From an uncultured bacterium (GTDB taxonomy: Bacteria; Omnitrophota; Omnitrophia; Omnitrophales; JACQLI01), in assembly GCA_964372875.1 (NCBI GenBank), contig CAYJTB010000006.1, positions 1 to 63,698 of the forward strand: a stretch of DNA of 63,698 nucleotides, written 5' to 3'. How positions within the stretch are numbered: the stretch's first letter is position 1; the number at the start of each line of letters is the position of its first letter. This document shows positions 53,255-62,161 of the stretch, piece after piece. Position numbers and translations under genes: made by a program. Under the pieces are notes generated by a model that was given only the letters and a program-made list of their open reading frames with translations, searched no databases and was not told where the DNA came from.

Positions 53255-55147
53255 TTAAAATTTTAATTTGGGGCCCAAGAGGGCATAACTTTCTTCGCCG
53301 TCTTCGGATTTTGAGTTAGGCGACACCCCTGCACCCACCTCAAATCCCATGGCCAATTTTTTATTAAGCGATTTCTCACCTTGAATGGTGGAATGATCAC
53401 CTTCCCAGTACACGCTCATCCCCTTCCAAATCACGAGATGATCCGAACGCTGGATCCGAATGCCATGAAAAAAATTATCAAGCCGCAGGTCAATCACACC
53501 CGTCATCATCAACGTGTTTCGTCCCCGGAAGACCTTTGAATCATAAAGCCGCAGTTGGGGAGGAAATCCCCGGAACTCGATAATGGCCCGATCATAATCA
53601 AGTTTTTCAATCATACCATCTTTGACCGTGAAATACCCCTGGATTTCCGGACGGGACGGCGCACCCCGTAATTTCAACTTTCCTTCCAAAGTTCCTCTCA
53701 GATTTTGAGGCATCGGCCTTCCCGCAAACTTGCGAAGCGATTCTAAAGAGTAACCGTCGATTTGAAGCAAAAGGTCTTCTTTGATCTCTGTCCCCCGGAA
53801 TAAAACTTGTCCTGATAAACGAAAGGCCCCGCCCCACTCCAGATCCATCTCCTTGATTCCTTCAGTATTTAATTCGAAACTTCCTTTGAAATCCTGGAGG
53901 GACTGAAACTCGACGACGACGTACTGCGTTTCGATCTCAACTTTGAATTTAGGTCCGGTTTCTCCCTTTTTCTTCAGCATGGGGCTGAAACGCGCGTTGC
54001 CCAACACCACGAAATCGAGATTATTGATGGAGGCGTGGTCCAATTCAAACTCGGCGTCAAATTGCGACTCGTTTAAATTAGAACGCAGACGAAAACGCCG
54101 CTGCTGGCGCTCGAACTGAAAATCATAATCTCCCGTGGCGAATTGGATTTCGCCTTTGCCTTGATAACCGCGCGACAGATCCAGACTTGAGAAAATAATT
54201 TTTTTACCTTCCCGTTTGATGGCGCCTAAAAACGAATAATTCCGGCCCGCCCAGGTCCCCCTGCCTGTCATTTTTTGTGAGGCGAGGTTTGCGTTGAATG
54301 AAAAAAGGAACGGCGGCTTGCCTTTCTTTTGGGTCACTTCTACAGAAATTTGGGGTTCGGTATTCCAATTTTCCACCGTGCCCTTCCAGAAAATCTCCCA
54401 ATCGTGGAAAAAACTGGTCAGGCCTGTGAGCTCAATTGTCTTTTCTGTGATGCGAAAATCTCCTGAAAGTTTTTTGATAAAAATCCCGCTTTCGGGCGAA
54501 AAACCAAGGTCCTCGAGATGAACGTGCAATTCATAATGATGGAACTGGGGATCGGTGAAACCATTCACTTCGATTTGCCCGTAGGCCTCACCCTTGAGCA
54601 AGGCCTTTAATTTCACCTGGATCTGTCCCGCGGCGGTGGGCTTTGCTTTGAGATAAACCCTGGAAAGCACGATCTCTTTTCCTTCTTTCAAGGGATAATG
54701 AAATTCCCCGTCCTCAATGATCAGTTTGGCAGGAAAGGCATTGGAGGAAGCGCCGGTGTTTAGAAAAGGGAGCGGCGAAGAGTTGGAGGCCGGGATATGA
54801 ATGACGGGCGATTGGATTTTTACCATCTCAGGGACCCGGAAATTTCCGCGTACCAGATTGATCACGCCGTAACCTAAGATCAACTTGCGGACGGAGGCGA
54901 CAGAGAACTCCCGATTTTTTTCGTCTGCATTGACTTGGATATCTTTGAAGGCGATGCGGGTGGGCGGAAGATAAACGAGTTTGCCGATTTGAACCTGGGC
55001 TTTGAGGATTTGGCTCGCCCAGTCTTGAGTCAAGAGACGAACGTCGGTTCGTTCTATTCGGGACTGGGTGAGCGCGTAACCGGCAACTCCTAAAACACTA
55101 AAAAAAATGAAAAGAGAAAGGAAAATCCGTTTCGAAATGAAGGTCAC
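53255..55147 (-). CDS. TamB/AsmA-like inner-membrane-anchored beta-rich protein (hypothetical)
   Basis: Single N-terminal TM helix, then 600 aa of beta-strand-like sequence. TamB-like segment LRGTLEGKLKLRGAPSRPEIQGYFTVKDG. Ends ...LLGPKLKF. The GTG start overlaps the clpC stop. Confidence 0.5.
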   Translation of the reverse strand: MTFISKRIFLSLFIFFSVLGVAGYALTQSRIERTDVRLLTQDWASQILKAQVQIGKLVYLPPTRIAFKDIQVNADEKNREFSVASVRKLILGYGVINLVRGNFRVPEMVKIQSPVIHIPASNSSPLPFLNTGASSNAFPAKLIIEDGEFHYPLKEGKEIVLSRVYLKAKPTAAGQIQVKLKALLKGEAYGQIEVNGFTDPQFHHYELHVHLEDLGFSPESGIFIKKLSGDFRITEKTIELTGLTSFFHDWEIFWKGTVENWNTEPQISVEVTQKKGKPPFLFSFNANLASQKMTGRGTWAGRNYSFLGAIKREGKKIIFSSLDLSRGYQGKGEIQFATGDYDFQFERQQRRFRLRSNLNESQFDAEFELDHASINNLDFVVLGNARFSPMLKKKGETGPKFKVEIETQYVVVEFQSLQDFKGSFELNTEGIKEMDLEWGGAFRLSGQVLFRGTEIKEDLLLQIDGYSLESLRKFAGRPMPQNLRGTLEGKLKLRGAPSRPEIQGYFTVKDGMIEKLDYDRAIIEFRGFPPQLRLYDSKVFRGRNTLMMTGVIDLRLDNFFHGIRIQRSDHLVIWKGMSVYWEGDHSTIQGEKSLNKKLAMGFEVGAGVSPNSKSEDGEESYALLGPKLKF

Positions 55148-57594
55148 GAAGTTTTCTCAAACGTAATAATTTCTCCTCGTAGTTCTACTCGAATCTTATC
55201 GCCTTCTTGAAATTTCCCCGAAAGGATTTCTTCGGCGAGCACATTTTCGATGTAGCGCTGGATGGTCCGTTTGAGCGGACGGGCGCCGTAATTGGCGTCA
55301 TAGCCCTTGTCGATAAGGAATTTCAAGACTTCCTCAGAGAGTGAGATTTCCATCTTCTTGTCTTTGAGACGGTTTTTTAGTTCCTTGAGTTCAAACTCGA
55401 CAATCTTTTCAAGATCCTCACGCCGCAAGGAATGAAAGACAATGATGTCGTCGACACGGTTTAAAAATTCCGGACGAAAGGCCTTCTTAACTTCGTCCAA
55501 AAGCTTACGCTTCATGATCTCGTAAGTCTCCGCTTCGCCTTTCGCGCGAAAACCCATTTCTCCTTGGCGGTTGATCACATCCGCCCCCACATTGGAGGTC
55601 ATGATGATGATGGTGTTACGAAAGTCAACTTTCCGGCCGAAAGAGTCCGTGAGCCTTCCTTCTTCCATCATCTGAAGGAGAATGTTAAAAACGTCCGGGT
55701 GCGCTTTTTCGATTTCATCAAAGAGCACGACCGAATAAGGACGGCGCCTTACTTTTTCTGTCAATTGACCGCCCTCTTCATAGCCCACATATCCCGGAGG
55801 CGCCCCCACGAGACGAGAGACGGTAAATTTTTCCATGTATTCGGAGCAATCGATCGTGATAATGGCATCCTCCTCACCGAACATAAATTCGGCCAAGGCA
55901 CGCGCTAAAAGGGTTTTCCCCACGCCGGTCGGACCTAAGAAGACAAAGGCCCCGATGGGACGCTTGGGATTTCTGAGACCGGATCTCGAGCGACGCACCG
56001 CATTGGAGATAGCATGGACCGCCTCTTCCTGTCCAATGACGCGGCCATGAAGTTCTTCTTCCATCCGGAGAAGACGTGTGGTCTCCTTTTCTTCAAGCCG
56101 CTGGAGAGGAACGCCTGTCCACTTAGAAACAATGTTTGCGATGTCTTCGGCGGTGACCTGAATTTCAACCTCCGATTTAGATTCTTTCCAACTTTTTCTA
56201 AGACGGCTTAATTCCTCTTTGGCTTTTCTTTCTTCATCGCGAAGTTTGGCGGCCCGTTCAAAATCTTGTCCCTTGATGGAGGCCTCTTTTTCACGTTTAA
56301 ATTCTTCAATCTGACTCTCGAGTTTTTTGAGTTCCTTAGGCAATGTCGTAACTGAAAGCCGTGCCCGGGAGCCCGCTTCGTCGACAAGGTCAATCGCCTT
56401 GTCCGGTAGAAATCTTCCGGTAATGTACTGGTCGGAAAGTTTTGCAGCCGCTTCCAGTGCTTCATCCAGAATTTTTACGCGGTGATGCGCTTCATATTTA
56501 TCCCGCAAGCCTTTTAAGATCTCGATCGTTTCATCCACGGAGGGAGGATCCACCACAATGGTTTGAAAACGCCGGGCAAGCGCCGCGTCTTTTTCTATGT
56601 ATTTGCGGTATTCATCCAGAGTCGTGGCGCCAATGCACTGGATTTCTCCGCGCGAAAGAGAGGGCTTCAAAATATTGGAGGCGTCGATGGCGCCTTCTGC
56701 TCCCCCTGCTCCCACCAACGTGTGCAATTCATCGATAAAAATGATGACATTTTCTGAACGGCGGATTTCATCCATCACCGCTTTAATACGTTCCTCAAAT
56801 TGACCGCGGTATTTGGTGCCGGCCACCATGAGGGCCAAATCTAAAACCACAATCCGCTTGTCCGCCAAAACTTCGGGGACATCGCCTGAGACAATGCGTT
56901 GGGCAAGCCCTTCCACAATGGCTGTTTTTCCGACGCCGGCCTCTCCGAGGAGAACAGGATTATTTTTTGTCCGGCGGGCCAAGATTTGAATGACACGCAC
57001 AATTTCATTTTCGCGGTCGACCACGGGATCGAGTTTGCCTTCACGGGCAAGTTGAGAAAGATCCCGGCCGAAGGAATCAAGCGCAGGTGTTTTTGTTTTG
57101 CTCTTAGTACCTCCCACCGAAGGAGATCCGCCGCCGCCGGGTCCTCCGCCTGGGGCTGAGGAACCTAAAAGTTTAATGACCTCTGCCCGGACTTTATTGA
57201 GGTCCAGTCCCACATTCATTAAGACGTGACTCGCCACGCCTTCGCCTTCTTTAATGAGCCCCAGCAAAAGGTGCTCTGTCCCGATGTAGTTATGGCCTAG
57301 CCGGCGCGCTTCATCCATCGCAAGCTCAATGACTTTCTTTGCCTTGGGGGTAAACGGAATATCGCCTGAGACAATGGTGCTTGGGCCGAACTGAACGAGT
57401 TTTTCGACCTCAAGGCGGATGGTGTCCAGTGAAAGACCGAGGTTTTGCAGTACCGCTGCGGCCACACTCTCGCCTTCTTTGATAAGCCCCAAAAGAATGT
57501 GCTCGGTTCCAATGTAATCATGATTGAAACGTTTTGCTTCTTCTTTGGCAAGGATAATGACTTTGCGTGCCCTTTCGGTAAATCGATCAAACAT
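55144..57594 (-). CDS. clpC: ATP-dependent Clp protease ATP-binding subunit ClpC
   Basis: Double Clp-N repeat, two AAA+ modules ([16 protein letters not shown]), UVR-like linker, 816 aa. Confidence 0.95.
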   Translation of the reverse strand: MFDRFTERARKVIILAKEEAKRFNHDYIGTEHILLGLIKEGESVAAAVLQNLGLSLDTIRLEVEKLVQFGPSTIVSGDIPFTPKAKKVIELAMDEARRLGHNYIGTEHLLLGLIKEGEGVASHVLMNVGLDLNKVRAEVIKLLGSSAPGGGPGGGGSPSVGGTKSKTKTPALDSFGRDLSQLAREGKLDPVVDRENEIVRVIQILARRTKNNPVLLGEAGVGKTAIVEGLAQRIVSGDVPEVLADKRIVVLDLALMVAGTKYRGQFEERIKAVMDEIRRSENVIIFIDELHTLVGAGGAEGAIDASNILKPSLSRGEIQCIGATTLDEYRKYIEKDAALARRFQTIVVDPPSVDETIEILKGLRDKYEAHHRVKILDEALEAAAKLSDQYITGRFLPDKAIDLVDEAGSRARLSVTTLPKELKKLESQIEEFKREKEASIKGQDFERAAKLRDEERKAKEELSRLRKSWKESKSEVEIQVTAEDIANIVSKWTGVPLQRLEEKETTRLLRMEEELHGRVIGQEEAVHAISNAVRRSRSGLRNPKRPIGAFVFLGPTGVGKTLLARALAEFMFGEEDAIITIDCSEYMEKFTVSRLVGAPPGYVGYEEGGQLTEKVRRRPYSVVLFDEIEKAHPDVFNILLQMMEEGRLTDSFGRKVDFRNTIIIMTSNVGADVINRQGEMGFRAKGEAETYEIMKRKLLDEVKKAFRPEFLNRVDDIIVFHSLRREDLEKIVEFELKELKNRLKDKKMEISLSEEVLKFLIDKGYDANYGARPLKRTIQRYIENVLAEEILSGKFQEGDKIRVELRGEIITFEKTS

Positions 57595-57614
57595 TAGAAT
57601 GACTCCTTTTTGGT

Positions 57615-58682
57615 TTAGTCAAGCGAGACGGTTTTCAGTCTTTCACGGATCAGATCGGCCCGTTTCACATCCCGCTCCGAGGATCCTAAAGCACGGCCAT
57701 ACATTTTTTGGAGATGGGCAGGTTGCATGAGTAAAAAGAGATTGTTAAGTTCAATGTGTTTCAAATTTTTTACAAATCCTAAATCGACGCCGAGACGCAC
57801 CAAAGACAAAAGCTGCACGGCCTCGCCTGTGGAGATAACGCGCGCATACCTCAAAGTCCCGAGGGCTCTCCAAATTTGGTCTTCAAATTTGGCTTTTCTT
57901 TTTTCCAAGAGATACTGCCTCGCCTCTTTTTCGTGGGCGACCATTTGACGGATCACCTTTTCAAGCCCGGCGATGATGTCTTCTTCTTTTTGCCCCAGCG
58001 TTGTTTGATTGGAAATCTGGAAAAAATTTCCGCTGGCCTGGCTTCCTTCCCCATAAAGCCCGCGCGTAGCGAGGTTCAGTTTGGAAAGGGCCTGCAAAAT
58101 TTTATTCACCTGTTTGGTCAACACCAGACTCGGCAAATGAAGCATGCAGGAGGCGCGGATCCCGGTCCCTACATTGGTAGGGCAAGCGGTTAGATACCCC
58201 AAATCTGCGTGAAAAGAAAACGGCAAATTTTTTTCCAACCCATTAATGACATCTTCCATGATTTTCCATGCCGCCGAGATGCTAAGGCCCGATTGAAACG
58301 CCTGGATCCGCAAATGATCTTCTTCAAGAACCATCACACTCACGGTTTCATTAGGACTAATAACGACTGCTTTTTCTCCCTGCTCCACTGCGTGTTCGCG
58401 GCTGATCAAATGCCGCTCGAGGAAAAATTGTTTATCAAGCTCGGTCGCATCATGATAACGAATAAAAAAATTATTCTTTAAAAGAGGCTCGGCCTGGACG
58501 GCTTCCTCCACCCTGTCAATAATGTCATCTTCCTGTTCTTTGCCCAGTTTGGTCACAAAAGGGAACCCTGCCAGATTCCTGGCCAAACGGATACGTGAGC
58601 TGATCACCACATCCACATCCGGGCCTGTCCCGCGGAGCCACTCGGTAGGATTTTTAATTAATTCGTTTGCCCATTCGTTCAT
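57615..58682 (-). CDS. mcsB: Protein arginine kinase
   Basis: Guanido-phosphotransferase motif CPTNVGTGIRAS, 355 aa. Confidence 0.9.
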   Translation of the reverse strand: MNEWANELIKNPTEWLRGTGPDVDVVISSRIRLARNLAGFPFVTKLGKEQEDDIIDRVEEAVQAEPLLKNNFFIRYHDATELDKQFFLERHLISREHAVEQGEKAVVISPNETVSVMVLEEDHLRIQAFQSGLSISAAWKIMEDVINGLEKNLPFSFHADLGYLTACPTNVGTGIRASCMLHLPSLVLTKQVNKILQALSKLNLATRGLYGEGSQASGNFFQISNQTTLGQKEEDIIAGLEKVIRQMVAHEKEARQYLLEKRKAKFEDQIWRALGTLRYARVISTGEAVQLLSLVRLGVDLGFVKNLKHIELNNLFLLMQPAHLQKMYGRALGSSERDVKRADLIRERLKTVSLD

Positions 58683-59194
58683 GAAGCCTTTTTCTTTCCT
58701 CTCTTCATTTTATCTTCCAACTGTTTGATCTGATCCCGAAGTCTCGCTGCTTCTTCAAACGCCTCGTGTTCAATTGATTTTTGCAACCGGTTGTGCAGTT
58801 CCCTTAAGTCCTGGGTTAAACGCACCGGCACCGCCAACCGGGAGGGCCTTCTTCCCACATGTTGCGTCGCATGCTGGACCCGTTTAATCAAAGGGTTTAA
58901 GAGTTTCGCAAACGCCTCGTAACACTCCGCGCATCCCAGCCTGCCCGTTTTACCAAATTCCTCATAAGTGAGACTGCAGTTGGGGCATTTGATCACCATC
59001 TTGCCGGTGCCTGACATCTCGGCAGCCAGATCGGTAAGACCCGTTAAAAGATCGCCCACATTGAAATGCGCCTTGAATTCGGTTCCCTTTTCCTGGGCAC
59101 AGGATTCGCAGAGATGGATTTCGATCATCTGCTCGTTGACAATCTCAGTGAGGTGAATTGTTGCCTCGTTAGTCCCGCAAACGTTACAAGTCAT
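58679..59194 (-). CDS. mcsA: McsA (zinc-finger / UVR-motif activator of McsB)
   Basis: CxxC pairs (CNVCG, CESC, CPNC, CAEC) and C-terminal UVR motif (FEEAARLRDQIKQLE). Confidence 0.85.
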   Translation of the reverse strand: MTCNVCGTNEATIHLTEIVNEQMIEIHLCESCAQEKGTEFKAHFNVGDLLTGLTDLAAEMSGTGKMVIKCPNCSLTYEEFGKTGRLGCAECYEAFAKLLNPLIKRVQHATQHVGRRPSRLAVPVRLTQDLRELHNRLQKSIEHEAFEEAARLRDQIKQLEDKMKRGKKKAS

Positions 59195-59201
59195 CGGAGT
59201 A

Positions 59202-59210
59202 ATTATAACA
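59202..59210 (-). promoter_or_regulatory. Extended -10 (TGTTATAAT) 7 nt upstream of the mcsA ATG (leaderless-type)
   Basis: A perfect TATAAT with an upstream TG. Only CGGAGTA lies between the box and the ATG, and there is no Shine-Dalgarno. Confidence 0.45.
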
Positions 59211-59260
59211 TCTCTGCAAAATGAATACCAAAAGGCGGGAAATGCTCACCTTGAAAGGAG

Positions 59261-60139
59261 TTAGAGCTGGTAGCGGACCCCATCCTTTTTGGTGAGGTCT
59301 CGTAAGGCTTTCATGAAGAACCCGGTTTGGGAGCCCGGCTTTCCTTCGCCAATCGTTCTGCCATCAATCTTTACGACAGGAATCACCTCTGCGGCGGTCC
59401 CCGTCAAAAAAACTTCATCGGCATTAAAAAGATCGTGGCGAGTCAGAATTCTTTCCTCGGCCGGAATTTTATTTTTCCGGGCGATATCCAAAATGGCGGC
59501 ACGCGTGATGCCTCGAAGAACGCCCACATAGGCAGGAGGAGTCAAAAGCATGCTGTTTTTAATCATAAAAATGTTGTCGCCCGTGCATTCCGCCACATAA
59601 CCTTGATGGTTAAGCATCACTGCTTCCATGCAGCCGGACCGTGTTGCTTCAATCTTGGCCAAGATGTTATTCAAATAATTGAGCGACTTAAGCGCCGGGT
59701 TCACGGCCTCCGGCAAATTGCGCACCGTGGGGACCGTAATAATATCCAATCCTTCCTGGTAAAGCCGCTCCGGATAAAGAACAATTTTATCAGCGATGAC
59801 AAAAAGAGTCGCCCGTTTACATTTTTGGGGGTCAAGACCTAAATCACCTACCCCACGGGTCACGACGACCCGGATATAGGCATCTCGCAGTTTGTTTCGC
59901 TGGAGCGTCTTAATGATGACGGCCGTCATTTCTTTAGGGGTCATTGGGATTTTCAACATCAGGGTATGAGCGGATTCGTAAAGCCGGCCCAAATGTTCTT
60001 TGAGTTTAAAAACCAAACACCCGTAAGAGCGGATTCCTTCAAAAACACCGTCTCCATAAAGAAGTCCATGATCAAAAACAGAAATTTTTGCTTCGCTTTT
60101 CGGGTACCATTTTCCATCCAGATAGATTTCAGGCTCCAT
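59261..60139 (-). CDS. ilvE: Branched-chain amino acid aminotransferase (class IV)
   Basis: Fold-type IV pattern (GDGVFEGIR..., ECTGDNIF), 292 aa. Confidence 0.8.
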   Translation of the reverse strand: MEPEIYLDGKWYPKSEAKISVFDHGLLYGDGVFEGIRSYGCLVFKLKEHLGRLYESAHTLMLKIPMTPKEMTAVIIKTLQRNKLRDAYIRVVVTRGVGDLGLDPQKCKRATLFVIADKIVLYPERLYQEGLDIITVPTVRNLPEAVNPALKSLNYLNNILAKIEATRSGCMEAVMLNHQGYVAECTGDNIFMIKNSMLLTPPAYVGVLRGITRAAILDIARKNKIPAEERILTRHDLFNADEVFLTGTAAEVIPVVKIDGRTIGEGKPGSQTGFFMKALRDLTKKDGVRYQL

Positions 60140-60168
60140 TCAATCTTTCTCCCTTAATTTTATAGCGG

Positions 60169-60864
60169 TTAATCTTCGGCGTGAATCCCTGGCTCACGCA
60201 GTAAGATACCTTCTTGTAAACGATATACGCTTCCATATTGATGCGCGAGCTTCTCATCGTGCGTGGCAACGACCAAAGAAAGTTTTGTTTCGCGGTGCAG
60301 CTCCATTAAAAGACTGAAAACAATTTCAGCGGTCTCATCATCAAGATTGCCAGTGGGTTCGTCACAAAAAATAATTTCAGGCCGGTTCATGAGGGCCCGC
60401 GCAATCGCCGCCCGTTGCTGTTCTCCTCCGGAGAGCTCGGAGGGAAAATGCCCTTCTCTTCCTTGGAGCCCGACTCGCTGAATCAATTCCCGCACCTGTC
60501 CAGGATTGGAAGTTCCGGCCATCTTAGACGGCAAAAGGACATTTTCAAAAAGTGTCAGTTCGGGCAGCAGGTGAAAAAATTGAAAAATAAATCCAATCTT
60601 CCGGTTCCGGTAAGTGGCGAGTTCCCTTTCATCCATCAGATTCAAATCATTTCCCTTAAAATAAATCCGGCCTTCACTCGCCCGGTCGAGGCCGCCGAAG
60701 AGATGAAGCAGCGTGGATTTCCCGGAACCCGATCTTCCTAGAATAAAAGCAATCTCTCCCTCACCCAAGGTAAAATTCACACCCTTTAAAACGGAGAGCG
60801 GGCCTTCAGGTGTCGCGAAATCTTTCCTGACCTTTTCAGCCACAAGAAGCGCGATTTTATTCAT
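60169..60864 (-). CDS. lolD: Lipoprotein-releasing ABC transporter ATP-binding protein
   Basis: [27 protein letters not shown]. Downstream of the LolC/E-type permease. Confidence 0.8.
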   Translation of the reverse strand: MNKIALLVAEKVRKDFATPEGPLSVLKGVNFTLGEGEIAFILGRSGSGKSTLLHLFGGLDRASEGRIYFKGNDLNLMDERELATYRNRKIGFIFQFFHLLPELTLFENVLLPSKMAGTSNPGQVRELIQRVGLQGREGHFPSELSGGEQQRAAIARALMNRPEIIFCDEPTGNLDDETAEIVFSLLMELHRETKLSLVVATHDEKLAHQYGSVYRLQEGILLREPGIHAED

Positions 60865-62161
60865 AGCGCAAGGCCTCCACAGGATTGAGCGCCGCGGCGC
60901 GCTGGGCCGGATAAAGCCCCGCCAAAATGGAAGTCAGGAGGGCCATGGCGATCACGGTCGTAACATCCCAGAAATTGATCTCCGTAGGAATTCTGTCCAG
61001 GTAATAAATATCGCTCGGGAAAACGGCAAAGCCCGTGGTTTCCTCAATAAAATTCGACACCGAATTTAAATTGAAAGCAAGAAGAAGCCCGGTGATGGCT
61101 CCAAAAATGACGCCAAAAAATCCTACACTAAAACCTTCAATGACAAAAATCTTCCGGATGCTTTTGCGGGTTGCGCCCAGGGCCCGTAAAATTCCAATAT
61201 CTTTGATTTTTTCCATTACCACCATGATCAAGGTCGAAACAATATTGAAGGCAGCCACCAGGACGATCAAAGTTAATAAAATCGTCATCACATTTTTTTC
61301 AACTTTAAGCGCCGAGAAAAAACTCCGGTTCATGTCATACCATGAGCGGATCCAATAGTCAGGACCCAGCTCCGTCCGGAAACGGATTTTCAGGGACTCC
61401 GCTTGATCGACATCTTGGAAGCGAATGCTCATACCGGTTACCTTTTTTCCTAAATGATAAAGGGACTGGGCCTCGTCCAGATTGATGAGCGCAAGGCTTG
61501 CGTCAAAATCACTCATCCCTAACCGAAAGATCCCGGCAACTTTATACCTTCTGATCTCCGCACGGTTCAAGGAGAACGGTTTACCCTCTTCCGCATAAGG
61601 CACAATCAAAGAAACTTCCTCTTCCGGACCGACACCCAACACTTGCGCCAGGCCCTGCCCGATCACAATGGTCGGCAGGCTCCGATGGCTCACTTTCTTG
61701 AACAGACCAAAAAACCGTTTCTTGACCTGTGTTTCTTTAAAAGGTGAAAAACTCAAATTTCCCCAAAGCATATTCTTGGAAAAGATGCCGAGATCCTCAC
61801 GAAAAGGGTCAAGGCCTTTGACCAGAATCCCTGTCGCATTCTTAGAAGACCTAAGAATGGCCTGGCCCTCCACAAAAGGAGAAACCGTCTTAATCTGAGA
61901 ACTTCCCCAGGAATTGATTCTGTTGATTAAGAGTTGCGGGTCGTCGATCCCATTTTCTTTTTCGATTCTCAAATGAGGATTGACATTCACGATTTTTGCT
62001 TTGAGTTCCTGGTCGAAGCCGCTCATGACCGAGAGCACCACAATAAGAGCCATCACACCGACGCCCACACCTAGAACGGAAATCAAAGAGATCAGAGAGA
62101 TGAATCCAGTCTTTCTGCGCCGCGTCAGGTGTTTAAAGGCGATCCAAAGTTCGTAGGACAT
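60857..62161 (-). CDS. lolC: Lipoprotein-releasing system permease LolC/E family
   Basis: N-terminal ELWIAFKHLTRRRK, large periplasmic loop, FtsX-type C-terminal TM bundle. Confidence 0.8.
   Translation of the reverse strand: MSYELWIAFKHLTRRRKTGFISLISLISVLGVGVGVMALIVVLSVMSGFDQELKAKIVNVNPHLRIEKENGIDDPQLLINRINSWGSSQIKTVSPFVEGQAILRSSKNATGILVKGLDPFREDLGIFSKNMLWGNLSFSPFKETQVKKRFFGLFKKVSHRSLPTIVIGQGLAQVLGVGPEEEVSLIVPYAEEGKPFSLNRAEIRRYKVAGIFRLGMSDFDASLALINLDEAQSLYHLGKKVTGMSIRFQDVDQAESLKIRFRTELGPDYWIRSWYDMNRSFFSALKVEKNVMTILLTLIVLVAAFNIVSTLIMVVMEKIKDIGILRALGATRKSIRKIFVIEGFSVGFFGVIFGAITGLLLAFNLNSVSNFIEETTGFAVFPSDIYYLDRIPTEINFWDVTTVIAMALLTSILAGLYPAQRAAALNPVEALRYE

Noticed and set aside
59195-59260. CtsR operator (tandem heptad repeat) or a small ctsR gene upstream of mcsA.
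   Set aside because: There is no tandem GGTCAAA-like repeat and only 66 nt of spacer. This absence is noted in the findings, not called as a feature.
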